Position numbers and translations under genes: made by a program. A DNA stretch of 64,000 nucleotides from a virus (taxonomy: Duplodnaviria; Heunggongvirae; Uroviricota; Caudoviricetes), in the IMG/VR virus record IMGVR_UViG_3300029732_000280; one strand, 5' to 3'. Positions 29,371 to 38,234 of the stretch are shown one piece after another. The notes below the pieces were generated by a model that was given only the letters and a program-made list of their open reading frames with translations, was not told the origin of the DNA and ran no database searches. How positions within the stretch are numbered: position 1 is the stretch's first letter; every line of letters starts with the position of its first letter.

Positions 29371-30210
29371 TTATTGAATTATACTCCATAAGAGCATTGT
29401 GCTCTCCATAATATCCTCATAGCTGATATCAGTAGCATACGGATATTTCTTCTGGTAGGACTTCCAAAGTGTATGTAACTGTGCGTCATCACTGACGGCA
29501 GCCATAATTTTGGGTGCTTCCTCTTTCAGATTTTCGGTGCTTCTTTTCTTACAGGTTGCCTCAAATGCCTTTTTCAGCACATCAGCATCGATGTCCTGCT
29601 CGTAAATAGAAAGCAGGGTCTTGATATCATAGAAGTCTCTCATTCGGGTATTCAAAAGACCTCTTGCAAGGACCGTCTGAAGTTTTTCTGCCAGAATTGT
29701 TTCCAAATTATACGACCAAAGGCTGATGGAACGGTCATCCAAGAGCAATTTATAGTTGTACTCGATTGCTCTTGGCGTGATAACATCTCCTGTAGAAATA
29801 TCAATCTTCATCGGTGTAACGAGTTTTCCCATCACGGCATTCATAGTAAACCGAATACCCGGATATTCCATTTCATCCATGATATTGGAAACTTCCTTAA
29901 CCTCAAAGGTCACTCCATCGCCAAGGTCGATGTCCTTGATTTCATCCACAATCCGTCTGGCATCTTCTGCCGACAGATTCTGATTTTTAATACTCGTATC
30001 GATATCCATCGTGGACCGCAATGCTACGCCAACCATTGCTGTCACCAGCATTCCGCCTTTGATGATAAAATTATCTTTATACTGCGAATTGGCAACTCTC
30101 TCAAGGAAACGCTCCATCATATAAATTCGCATGAGCGTTCTGGCATCTGCCTTGTTTTCCTTTGCCACATTCTTAATTCTTCCCTTAACCTGTTCAGGTG
30201 TCAGCTGCAT
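29371..30210 (-). CDS. abiEii: AbiEii-type nucleotidyltransferase toxin (type IV TA / abortive infection, DUF1814).
   Basis: FIIKGGMLVTAMVGVALRSTMDIDTS matches the GG..L....R.T.DID nucleotidyltransferase motif of AbiEii/AbiGii. Start is 1-2 nt after the AbiEi stop. Confidence 0.8.
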   Translation of the reverse strand: MQLTPEQVKGRIKNVAKENKADARTLMRIYMMERFLERVANSQYKDNFIIKGGMLVTAMVGVALRSTMDIDTSIKNQNLSAEDARRIVDEIKDIDLGDGVTFEVKEVSNIMDEMEYPGIRFTMNAVMGKLVTPMKIDISTGDVITPRAIEYNYKLLLDDRSISLWSYNLETILAEKLQTVLARGLLNTRMRDFYDIKTLLSIYEQDIDADVLKKAFEATCKKRSTENLKEEAPKIMAAVSDDAQLHTLWKSYQKKYPYATDISYEDIMESTMLLWSIIQ

Positions 30211-30211
30211 T

Positions 30212-30796
30212 TTACAATAATACCCCCATATATCTGCGGATCACATTATCAACCCGAAACAGCTTTGCATATTCCATGAGTCGATTTAGGTCCTTGTTTC
30301 TTCTGGAAACATATGTCTTCAGAACGGAATTGAAATCCTGTGCTTCAATACTGCTCCGGCTTCTCATCAGATCACAAATCGTTCGTTCCAAGTCATACAT
30401 TGGAATCATGTTCCCATCGTTGTCTTTCACAATGATCTTTCCGACATCCAGTAATTCCCGTTTTACCGTATATACTTTACAACTTCCATCCGCTATAAGT
30501 CGATGTGCATTGTAACCGCTGTATATGGTAAGTGTGTGGACAAACGGTTCTCTGTCTGTCAGACCATGATAATAAAAGGCCTCATCATGTGAAAAAACAG
30601 CATTCGGGCATCTCTTATGAAGCACATATAACTCATCGACCCAATCCGATCCCGTAGAATACACACCACGGCTGACCGGCTCCAATCCGTTTTCTCGAAC
30701 ATATTTGTAAAATTTAAATTTTGAAATTCCAGATTTTCCCGCGATTCTCGGCGTAAGGTAATCATGATTTTGAACTAATCTTGTCATCTCATTCAT
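30212..30796 (-). CDS. abiEi: AbiEi-type antitoxin/transcriptional autoregulator (N-terminal AbiEi_4 wHTH plus C-terminal AbiEi domain).
   Basis: GISKFKFYKYVRENGLEPVSRGVY is AbiEi_4-like. Gene order AbiEi then AbiEii. Operator palindromes lie in its promoter. Confidence 0.75.
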   Translation of the reverse strand: MNEMTRLVQNHDYLTPRIAGKSGISKFKFYKYVRENGLEPVSRGVYSTGSDWVDELYVLHKRCPNAVFSHDEAFYYHGLTDREPFVHTLTIYSGYNAHRLIADGSCKVYTVKRELLDVGKIIVKDNDGNMIPMYDLERTICDLMRSRSSIEAQDFNSVLKTYVSRRNKDLNRLMEYAKLFRVDNVIRRYMGVLL

Positions 30797-30813
30797 AGAA
30801 TCACCATCCTTCC

Positions 30814-30841
30814 GTGCTTATATTGTAATCGAAATAAGCAC
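30814..30841 (-). promoter_or_regulatory. AbiE promoter (TTGACT-17-TACAAT on the minus strand, about 30822..30852) overlapping inverted repeat IR1 (GTGCTTAT-N12-ATAAGCAC), a putative AbiEi operator.
   Basis: Perfect 8-bp arms. Near-consensus promoter hexamers seen directly. Confidence 0.6.
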
Positions 30842-30860
30842 GATAGTCAAGTAAAATCAA

Positions 30861-30900
30861 ACGAGCGTGCTTATTTCACATTTAATATATGCACGCTCGT
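30861..30900. promoter_or_regulatory. Inverted repeat IR2 (ACGAGCGTGC-N20-GCACGCTCGT), second putative AbiEi operator. GTGCTTAT half-site recurs inside.
   Basis: Perfect 10-bp arms seen directly upstream of the AbiE promoter. Confidence 0.5.
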
Positions 30901-30914
30901 CGAGTTTTATTCTG

Positions 30915-31456
30915 TCAAAATTTGTCAAAATCAGCTTGCGAGGCCAGCTCTTTGTACGGATAGTCGTCGTTCTGCCGTTCCGTGAACATATCATTGACCA
31001 ACCCGATGGTCAGCAGGTCGAGGTCGGCGATGCTGATACCGAGCTGTACACAGCGCAGCAGAAAGAGCGGGGTGGTCATTTCCCGCTCACTTTTGCGAGG
31101 TTTTTTCTGGATTCCACCTCGGTCTGCACATTCAGACCCCACAGTTCGATCAGCTGGGGCAGGATCTGATAAATGGAGAAGGTGTTGAACTGGTCCAGGA
31201 ACTCCTCCGGGCTGTCCGGCACCTTTGCCGGGTCTGCATGACGGGCCATCAGCCATGCCAGGTCCTCGAACATTTCCAGACTGAACAGGTCGAGGTTGGA
31301 ATTGTCCTCATCGTTCTCTCCCACGCTCTTTTCCAGCTGGCGCAGGTCTTTGTAAATGTCACGGCCAAACTTGATGCGGTACAGGCGGGGTACAGCGGCA
31401 CTTGCCTTAAAGGTGACTTCCTTGCCATCGATCTCGATTTTCTTCGTAACTGCCAT
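30915..31456 (-). CDS. Tail assembly chaperone GT fusion made by a -1 programmed frameshift at 31100..31106.
   Basis: The -1 frame after A_AAA_AAC continues as KKPRKSEREMTTPLFLLRCVQLGISIADLDLLTIGLVNDMF... to the stop at 30915. Confidence 0.6.
31076..31456 (-). CDS. Tail assembly chaperone G (gpG-like).
   Basis: Position between major tail protein and tape measure. KFGRDIYKDLRQLE motif. Slippery site near its 3' end. Confidence 0.7.
   Translation of the reverse strand: MAVTKKIEIDGKEVTFKASAAVPRLYRIKFGRDIYKDLRQLEKSVGENDEDNSNLDLFSLEMFEDLAWLMARHADPAKVPDSPEEFLDQFNTFSIYQILPQLIELWGLNVQTEVESRKNLAKVSGK
31100..31106 (-). other. -1 programmed ribosomal frameshift heptamer A_AAA_AAC (zero frame R-K-N).
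   Basis: Codon phasing verified against the gpG reading frame. Canonical X_XXY_YYZ slippery sequence. Confidence 0.65.
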
Positions 31457-31515
31457 AATCGTAATCCTCCATAAATTTCATGTAAAATTGGCAGAGCCGA
31501 AGCCCTGCCATATAT
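31457..31515 (-). repeat. Downstream copy of a ~50-bp direct repeat flanking the SPFH gene (hairpin GCAGGGCTTCGGCTCTGC, then TTACAT, then GGAGGATTACGATTATG).
   Basis: Compare with 32352..32405. Contains a terminator-like hairpin plus the RBS/start context of gpG. Confidence 0.55.
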
Positions 31516-31523
31516 CGTGTTTC

Positions 31524-32351
31524 TTACTCTGCCGAGTCAATGCTGACCAGTGCATTACCGCCGCTCACAGTGGGCAGCTTGCCATCCCACTTCTGAACCT
31601 TCTGGTAATCGATCAGCGTATCGGACAGGCTTTCTGCCAGTTTGCGGTTTGCCTCTGCCTGTGCGTCTGCGGCAATGGAAGTTTTCTGTGCTTCCGCCTC
31701 TGCATTGGTGATCGCCACCTGCTTATCCGCTTCTGCCTTGGCAATGGCAGCTTCATTCTCAATCTTCTGCTTATCTGCGTTCTGCTGTGCAATGGACTTC
31801 TGCTGGATGGCTTCGTTATAGGCATCCTCGAAATTCATGTCGTTGATGACGACCTTGTTTACGAACACAACGTCCTCACCATATTTCTGCACAATGGACT
31901 CTGCCAGCTTCTGCTGTGCCAGAGGCTCGATCTTGGTGCGGTTTGTCACCTCATTGGGGGCAAGTTCAGCCATCGCAGACTTAATGGCCGATGCCACCAG
32001 CTCGTCACCGACCAGACTCTTGATGTCGGACACATTCGCATACAGCCATGCACTCTTCTCAGGAAGCACCTGATAGGTCACGATCACATCAGCGGCATAC
32101 ACCGGAGTCTTGTCGGAGGCTTCGCCCCAGACCTGCGCTTCGATGTGCTTATCCTGCTGCTTGTTGTTGACCTTGTGGATGCTCTGCACAAAGGGAATGC
32201 AGAAGTTGAGCTTGCCGCTCTGGATGGTGGTTTCCTGGATCTGACCGAAGCTGGTCTTCACGCCCGTGTAACCGGTGGGGATGATGTGGAACGAGCAGAC
32301 AGCCAGCACCAGAACGATGATCACTGCGAACAAAGGAAAAATCTTCTTCAT
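31524..32351 (-). CDS. SPFH/band-7 (prohibitin/HflC-like) membrane protein, a moron inserted between the major tail protein and gpG.
   Basis: N-terminal TM helix. PTGYTGVKTSFGQIQETTIQSGKLNFCIPFVQSIHKV is an SPFH signature. Ala/Glu/Gln-rich coiled-coil C-terminus. Confidence 0.8.
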   Translation of the reverse strand: MKKIFPLFAVIIVLVLAVCSFHIIPTGYTGVKTSFGQIQETTIQSGKLNFCIPFVQSIHKVNNKQQDKHIEAQVWGEASDKTPVYAADVIVTYQVLPEKSAWLYANVSDIKSLVGDELVASAIKSAMAELAPNEVTNRTKIEPLAQQKLAESIVQKYGEDVVFVNKVVINDMNFEDAYNEAIQQKSIAQQNADKQKIENEAAIAKAEADKQVAITNAEAEAQKTSIAADAQAEANRKLAESLSDTLIDYQKVQKWDGKLPTVSGGNALVSIDSAE

Positions 32352-32405
32352 AATCGTATACCTCTTTATAATAATGTAAGCAGAGCCAAAGCCCTGCGGT
32401 GTGTG
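32352..32405 (-). repeat. Upstream copy of the SPFH-flanking direct repeat (hairpin GCAGGGCTTTGGCTCTGC, then TTACAT, then AGAGGTATACGATTATG).
   Basis: Seen directly. 18 of 19 hairpin identity and a shared GAGGwwTACGATTATG start context. Confidence 0.55.
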
Positions 32406-32413
32406 CCGGTCAC

Positions 32414-33028
32414 TTAGCCCTGCGGCTCCTCGGTATGACCGGTATCTTCGGTGTCCACAGCTTCTGCCTGCGGCTCATAGACCGCATCGTACCACTTGTT
32501 ATAGACATCATCGGTGGTGTTGGTACCGGTCTTGGCCTTGACATAACCGTTTGCCAGAGGGGTTGACTGCAGGTTCAGGGTGTCCGTCTTGACTTCCTTG
32601 CTGTCCTCGTTGGTCTCACCCTCGATGGACGGACGGCTTGCCACACAGTTGTACAGCACATGACGGATGTGGCGCTGGTCGCCATCGAACTCGAACAGGA
32701 AGGCGAAATGCTCCAGTTCCACATTGGCGTTCTCAGCAAGCACGCCGTTGCCATCCAGTTCCTCGTGCATGATGTCCGTGAGGAAACTCTCCGGGATCAG
32801 CGCGATCTCCAGATCACCCTCGTAGCCGGAGTTGTTATTCACGACATAATAGGCGATATTGTCCGCATAGAACGGCTCGATCTCACCGTTAGCATCCATA
32901 GAAAGACTGACTGCACCGGGGATGCGGACCGGCTTTGCATAGGTGACACTGCCATCTTCGTCAAAGGTTGCCTTAGCATAATGGCAGTTTTTCAGGCCAA
33001 ATTTGACCTTATTGCTTTTCTTCGACAT
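32414..33028 (-). CDS. Major tail protein (TP901-1/phi13-like).
   Basis: KFGLKNCHYAKATFDEDGS N-terminus typical of siphovirus major tail proteins. Position before gpG and tape measure. Confidence 0.8.
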   Translation of the reverse strand: MSKKSNKVKFGLKNCHYAKATFDEDGSVTYAKPVRIPGAVSLSMDANGEIEPFYADNIAYYVVNNNSGYEGDLEIALIPESFLTDIMHEELDGNGVLAENANVELEHFAFLFEFDGDQRHIRHVLYNCVASRPSIEGETNEDSKEVKTDTLNLQSTPLANGYVKAKTGTNTTDDVYNKWYDAVYEPQAEAVDTEDTGHTEEPQG

Positions 33029-33062
33029 AGTGTTCCTCCCATAAAAATATCCTGCATGAGCA

Positions 33063-33380
33063 TCACACGGTCAGCTCATACAGGACTTCATACATCTTTT
33101 CGGTTTCGATCCAGACTTCACTTTTCTCGTAGTAGAGTTCATGTGCAGTCAGGACTTCTTCAATATTTGCTTCCATATCCGGGTCTTTGTAATCGGTGTA
33201 CACCTCAATGTCCAGCCGGTTGAAATGATGGTACACAAGGTTATCCGCACCAAAGTTCTCGGCTTTCGGATACAGGAAGCAGATAAACGGTGGATCAGGA
33301 CTCTCCCCTTCTGCGAAATGGTCATACGCATAGGGAAGCCCCATCTCCTCCACCAGAGCTTTTACTTCTTCGTGGGTCAT
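33063..33380 (-). CDS. Tail terminator-like protein (position-based).
   Basis: 105 aa, located between the tail-completion protein and the major tail protein. Confidence 0.35.
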   Translation of the reverse strand: MTHEEVKALVEEMGLPYAYDHFAEGESPDPPFICFLYPKAENFGADNLVYHHFNRLDIEVYTDYKDPDMEANIEEVLTAHELYYEKSEVWIETEKMYEVLYELTV

Positions 33381-33389
33381 AGACTCCTC

Positions 33390-33767
33390 CTATTTCAGTG
33401 CCTTTTCGATAAGGGATTGGAGCTGCTCAATACCAGCCTGTTCTGCCGGAGCGATATGCGGTCTTCCTGCCACCCGGCCACCGCCGCGCTTGGCATGGCC
33501 TTTTTCCAGCAGATGTGCCAACTGGTAGCGGTTCTTGGAATGCACCACCATCTGAAAGCTCTGGCTGGATTCCGACTGTTTGGTCGCCACCCAGCTTCCT
33601 TTGTATGCTCCCGTTCTGGACGGTGCGCCGGACTGAATCTGCTCCTTGACGGTCTTGGCTGATTTTCTCACAGCCTTCTTGACCTCGGTGGAGGCAAGGG
33701 TCGCATACTCTTTCAGGCCTTCATTGATGGCATCTGCCATCTCATCGATGCTGACGGTTCTGCTCAT
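33390..33767 (-). CDS. HK97 gp10-family tail-completion / head-tail joining protein.
   Basis: Size, position and basic C-terminus. Overlaps the next gene. Confidence 0.45.
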   Translation of the reverse strand: MSRTVSIDEMADAINEGLKEYATLASTEVKKAVRKSAKTVKEQIQSGAPSRTGAYKGSWVATKQSESSQSFQMVVHSKNRYQLAHLLEKGHAKRGGGRVAGRPHIAPAEQAGIEQLQSLIEKALK

Positions 33768-34098
33768 CCGGCTGCCTCCTTTCCAAACGGCAATGAATCT
33801 TCAGGATCTTCTTCTGATAGTTCATCGGGTCAACGGATTCGATATTGTAGAGCTGCTCCCGGAAGCGGATACGGTAACCAGTGGAAGTCAATCCTCTCGT
33901 CTCACTGCACCAGCGAACCGTAAACACCACGCTCTTCTGTTCGGCTGTGACCTCACCCTCGTCTTCCTGCGCCTGATAGGTCGAAGCGTAGGCAAAGCAG
34001 GTGAAATATTCCTCCCATGTGTTCCGATGGTTTCCGACCTTATCGGTCACGACCGTGCTTTTCTCGATCGTGATCCGCTCATTCAGTTTCTCGATCAT
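33742..34098 (-). CDS. Head closure / head-tail adaptor protein.
   Basis: Position after the gp6-like connector. ATGA coupling at 34098. Confidence 0.5.
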   Translation of the reverse strand: MIEKLNERITIEKSTVVTDKVGNHRNTWEEYFTCFAYASTYQAQEDEGEVTAEQKSVVFTVRWCSETRGLTSTGYRIRFREQLYNIESVDPMNYQKKILKIHCRLERRQPDEQNRQHR

Positions 34099-34436
34099 CA
34101 GAACACCCCCTCCCTCACAGCAAACAGAATGGAACGAAGCGTCAGCATCAGCTGGTGATGGTCAGCTTCGTCCCGGTGCTCATAGAGATACCCCAGCGCA
34201 TACAGAATCGCCACAACGCAGGTGCTGCGCAGGGCTTCCAGTTCCCTTGTAGGCTGTACTCCGTTCTCCGCATCCCGGTCAGCGGCATTAACTGCCTCCC
34301 ACTGGTCTTCCGAAAGACGGCCCACGTCCTTGCACATCTGCTCCGCAGAAGATAAAAGGATGCCGATCAGGGCATCCTCATCACTGCTGTCTACGCGGAG
34401 ATAGGTCTTCGCTTCGTAAAGCGGGATCAGTGCCAT
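34098..34436 (-). CDS. gp6-like head-tail connector protein.
   Basis: AKTYLRVDSSDEDALIGILLSSAEQMC motif typical of the Phage_connect_1 family. Confidence 0.6.
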   Translation of the reverse strand: MALIPLYEAKTYLRVDSSDEDALIGILLSSAEQMCKDVGRLSEDQWEAVNAADRDAENGVQPTRELEALRSTCVVAILYALGYLYEHRDEADHHQLMLTLRSILFAVREGVF

Positions 34437-34462
34437 AACCGGCTCCTCCTTTCCTGGCTTTC

Positions 34463-35668
34463 TTAGCCCTGCGGTGCCATCTGCAGAAGCTGTACGGCTT
34501 CCGGCAGGATCAGCTTGCCATCCACACGCTGGGTGGTCAGGAAGCCGACCTGATCAGTACGGGCATACAGCTCGTTCAGACGGCGGAAGGTGCGGTTCTG
34601 GCGATCAGCCACCCAGTAGTAGCTGTAATCGCCAAAGGCCATGACCTTGCTGCCGCCCTTGATCTCCGGCATGAAGGCGGAAGTCTTCAGAGGACGGTTC
34701 AGCAGGGTATCAGGCTTGCCGATCTCCAGACCCGGCTTCCAGATATAGTTGCCGTTGTTGTCCTTGATGGTCATCAGCTGCAGCACCAGGGCTTCGTTGC
34801 AGAGGAACTGTGCCTTCTTGCGATACGGAGCCTTCAGTGCATAGTAGAGCTTGAAGATCTCATCGAAGGTAACGGCATCCTTCTGGGCAGCGGTCACACC
34901 GACCTTGGCACCGCCAGTCTCTGCCAGCAGACCCAGAGGCTTGCCCACACCATCGCCGGTGATAAAGGCGCGCTCCTCTGCGTTGCCCATACGCACACCG
35001 AAACGGCGGGCAATATAGGTGGCAAGGTCGAATGCGGAGTCGTTCAGAAGCTCGTTAGAAATCTTGATCATAGTGCCCAGCTTGTACGCAGACAGCATGG
35101 TCTGACCGAAGGTGGTATCGCTCTCCGGGATCTCCTCACCCTCATCGATCCAGCTTGCCTCACCGGTATCCTCTGCGATGGGGATCTTACGGGTGCCGGA
35201 GCTGGTGCGGATGACGGTCGCCAGACCACGGAAGATGTTGTTCTCCTCCAGTGCCTCCACCAGTTTCTTCTCGAACTCGTCGGGAACGGTAAAGCCGCCC
35301 TCGGTATCCTCACCCACAGACAGGGCATTGCGGACCTCGCCGTAATGGCCGCGGTTGCGGATCATGTTCCAGAAGTTATCGGCATACTCGGCAGTGGCGG
35401 TCGGCTTGACATCCTTCTTGGCACCGTTCTTCGGGTCAGTGTGGACAGGACTGGAAGTCGGTGCGGACAGCTGTGCCTCGATCTGTGCCTGCTGCTCCAG
35501 ACGCTCGATCTCTGCACCCAGGTCCTTGACCTCCTGTGCCATCTTGTTGTACTGCTCCACGGCTTCAGCCTTAACCAGACCGTTCTCGCCGCGGTTCTTC
35601 TCCAGAAAGTCCTTGGTCTGCTCCCAGAGAGTGTTGCGCTTGGTGCGCAGTTCCAGAATCTTACTCAT
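34463..35668 (-). CDS. Major capsid protein, HK97 fold.
   Basis: 401 aa. N-terminal coiled-coil delta-like region then capsid core. Follows the ClpP-like prohead protease. Confidence 0.9.
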   Translation of the reverse strand: MSKILELRTKRNTLWEQTKDFLEKNRGENGLVKAEAVEQYNKMAQEVKDLGAEIERLEQQAQIEAQLSAPTSSPVHTDPKNGAKKDVKPTATAEYADNFWNMIRNRGHYGEVRNALSVGEDTEGGFTVPDEFEKKLVEALEENNIFRGLATVIRTSSGTRKIPIAEDTGEASWIDEGEEIPESDTTFGQTMLSAYKLGTMIKISNELLNDSAFDLATYIARRFGVRMGNAEERAFITGDGVGKPLGLLAETGGAKVGVTAAQKDAVTFDEIFKLYYALKAPYRKKAQFLCNEALVLQLMTIKDNNGNYIWKPGLEIGKPDTLLNRPLKTSAFMPEIKGGSKVMAFGDYSYYWVADRQNRTFRRLNELYARTDQVGFLTTQRVDGKLILPEAVQLLQMAPQG

Positions 35669-35725
35669 AGTGTTTTTCCTCCATAGATTGATTTGTGGTG
35701 ATATGAAAAACAGCCCGAATGCACA

Positions 35726-36592
35726 TCACTTCATGCACTCAAGCTGCTTCATCAGGATATTGTAGGGGATACTGCCATCCTCGGTCTTGCCGTCCATGTC
35801 AAGGACAGGCCCCGGATTGGCAGGCGGTTCTGCCGGAGGGGTTTTCTCCGGCTCTTTGGCTTTTGGCTCGGTCTGTTCCGGCTTCACACCCAGACGGTTC
35901 AGGACGATTAGATCCATCTGACGGCTGGAGAAAAGATGCCCTGCCGTATCCTTTTGGAACGGCTTCTTTTCTCCGCCCCCGCCCGGTTCACTGTCGGGGT
36001 CTTCTTCCGGATCCTCCGGGTCTGCCGGGTCACTGTCCGGCTCCTCCTCTTTCTTTGCAAAGAGGATCTCGTCTGCAAAGCCCAGCTCCACCGCCTTCTT
36101 CGCATTCATCCAGGTCTCATTGCTCATGAGGTTGGCGATACGGGCATGGCTGAGGCCGCTCTTCGCTGCGTAGGCATTGATGATGCTCTCCTTGACTTCG
36201 TTCAGCACCTCGATGGCTTTCTCCATGTCCTTGGTGTTGCCCATCGCAACGGTGCTGGGGTCATGGATCATCAGCATGGCAACGGGACTCATCTGAACAG
36301 TATCACCGGCCATCGCCACAACGGATGCCGCCGAAGCTGCAATCGCATCGACCTTGACCGTAATGCTACCCTTGTAGTCCTTAAGCATGGTATAGATCTC
36401 GGCAGCGGCGAACACATTGCCGCCCGGAGAGTTGATCCAGACGGTCACATCCCCCTCGCCGGATTCCAGCTCATCCCGGAACATCTGCGGCGTGATCTCA
36501 TCACCCCAGAACGATTCCTCATCAATGGGGCCTTCCAGCCGGAGGATTCTGGTATCGTCACTGTTTTTGATCCAGTTCCAGAATTTCTTCAT
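35726..36592 (-). CDS. Prohead maturation protease, ClpP/S14 family.
   Basis: INSPGGNVFAAAEIY...SAASVVAMAGD ClpP-like catalytic region. Acidic Pro-rich C-terminal scaffold-like tail. Confidence 0.85.
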   Translation of the reverse strand: MKKFWNWIKNSDDTRILRLEGPIDEESFWGDEITPQMFRDELESGEGDVTVWINSPGGNVFAAAEIYTMLKDYKGSITVKVDAIAASAASVVAMAGDTVQMSPVAMLMIHDPSTVAMGNTKDMEKAIEVLNEVKESIINAYAAKSGLSHARIANLMSNETWMNAKKAVELGFADEILFAKKEEEPDSDPADPEDPEEDPDSEPGGGGEKKPFQKDTAGHLFSSRQMDLIVLNRLGVKPEQTEPKAKEPEKTPPAEPPANPGPVLDMDGKTEDGSIPYNILMKQLECMK

Positions 36593-37995
36593 CGGGTTCT
36601 CCTTCCATTTTTCCGTGGCTTATTCTCACTCAGCCGGTTATCGCTGTCAGGTTCTTCTTCCGGGTCTTGTTCCTCTGGCTGTGTCTGCTTGGGCTGATTC
36701 TGCTGGACGGCGGCCGCTTTGTTCTGCTGCGCCGCCCCTGCATCCTTCAGCTTCACATAGCCGCCGTTCAGGTAGTAGTCGTCACCGCCCTCCTCTGCCG
36801 GGATGAGATCCATGTTCTCCAGACGATGCACATCATTCGGAGAGAGGAAACCGTTGCTGATTCCGGTCGCATAACCGTTCATCCGGCTCTGGTAATCGCC
36901 ACGGAGCAGACCATCCACATTGAATTTCGGGAAGTAGGTATCCTGCTCCTCCTCCAGCAGCAGATCCTTGATGATGCCCTGCTCGATGCGGACAAGCCAC
37001 GGGGTCAGGGAGTGCATTACGAAGTTCAGCGACTGGTATTCAATGTTGGAGAAGGTCGCCCTGGACAGATCGGCTACCAGATGCGGCGGCACACGGAAGA
37101 TGCGGCAGATTTCCGTCACGGAAAACTGCTTTGTCTCCAAAAACTGGCTGTCCTCCGGTGGCAGGGAGATCGGTTTGTAGGCCATACCCTCTTCCAGCAC
37201 TGCCACACGATGGGCATTGGCTGCACCGCCATATGCTGCCTCCCAGCTATCCCGGATACGGTTCGGGTCTTTCACAACGCCGGGATGTTCCAGCACACCG
37301 CTTGGCTGTGCGCCGTTCTTGAAGAAGGACGAGCCATACTTGTCCACCGCAATGGATGTGCCGAGGCTGTTCTTCATCATGGCGATCGGTGAAAAACCGA
37401 TCAGACCATTGAAGCCCAGTCCCGGCACATGGAAGATCTCGTCCCGGCGGAAGTAGAGATCTTTATTCTGCTCTCCCGGAACTTCATCCGTGTATGCGTG
37501 GTAGATATAGTAGAGCTCGCCGCTCTCATCCCGGTCCACTTCGACATTTTCCGGTAAAAGCGGATACAGACCCAGTACCGTATTCTTGCCATCCCGGACG
37601 ATCTGTGCGTAGGCGTTGCCCCAGAGGAGCAGATGGGTCATCAGCGTTTCCCAGAAGACAAAGGATGTCATCTCCGGGTTGGGCTGGCGATACAGAATCT
37701 TGTACAGCGGATGATCCCGCGCCTTTTCCTTGTTTCCATTATCGTCTGTCACCCGGTAGAGATGCAGCGGCAGTGCCGCAATGGACTCCGCCAGCAGACG
37801 AACACAGGCATACACAGTCGGGATCTGCATGGCGGCTTTCTCATCCACCTGCTCCCCGGCATTGGAACGCCCAAACACAAAGGTCTGCCCGGAATCGCGG
37901 ACGTTATCCGTGACCTTCGGCAGACCTTCTTTTGGCTGTTCTGTTTTGGGAGAATCCCTTGGATTCTCAAACCCCATCCATTCCCAGAATCCCAT
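36589..37995 (-). CDS. Portal protein, HK97 family.
   Basis: 468 aa. FVFWETLMTHLLLWGNAYAQIVRD portal core. Between TerL and the protease. Confidence 0.9.
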   Translation of the reverse strand: MGFWEWMGFENPRDSPKTEQPKEGLPKVTDNVRDSGQTFVFGRSNAGEQVDEKAAMQIPTVYACVRLLAESIAALPLHLYRVTDDNGNKEKARDHPLYKILYRQPNPEMTSFVFWETLMTHLLLWGNAYAQIVRDGKNTVLGLYPLLPENVEVDRDESGELYYIYHAYTDEVPGEQNKDLYFRRDEIFHVPGLGFNGLIGFSPIAMMKNSLGTSIAVDKYGSSFFKNGAQPSGVLEHPGVVKDPNRIRDSWEAAYGGAANAHRVAVLEEGMAYKPISLPPEDSQFLETKQFSVTEICRIFRVPPHLVADLSRATFSNIEYQSLNFVMHSLTPWLVRIEQGIIKDLLLEEEQDTYFPKFNVDGLLRGDYQSRMNGYATGISNGFLSPNDVHRLENMDLIPAEEGGDDYYLNGGYVKLKDAGAAQQNKAAAVQQNQPKQTQPEEQDPEEEPDSDNRLSENKPRKNGRRTR

Positions 37996-38210
37996 TAAGC
38001 CTTATCTCCTTTCTCCAGTTCCGGCAGGCCGGCAAGGCTGGTACCAAGGGACGTAACACCTGCCACAATAGCCGCGCTGCCAACTGCAACCCAGTCCACA
38101 GTGCCGCCGGGCATCTGTGTCACGACCAGAGCCGCACCAGTCTGGAACATCGTCTTTGCAGCACGGATGCCGGCTGCCTTCCACCATTCTGCACTCATCA
38201 GATACTTCAT
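37995..38210 (-). CDS. Small membrane protein (71 aa) between TerL and portal. Holin-like in shape, function unknown.
   Basis: Start ATG 38210 with RBS GGAGGA (the track start at 38225 is a TTG). Two hydrophobic segments. Confidence 0.4.
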   Translation of the reverse strand: MKYLMSAEWWKAAGIRAAKTMFQTGAALVVTQMPGGTVDWVAVGSAAIVAGVTSLGTSLAGLPELEKGDKA

Positions 38211-38234
38211 TGTGTTTTCCTCCAAATCTTCATA

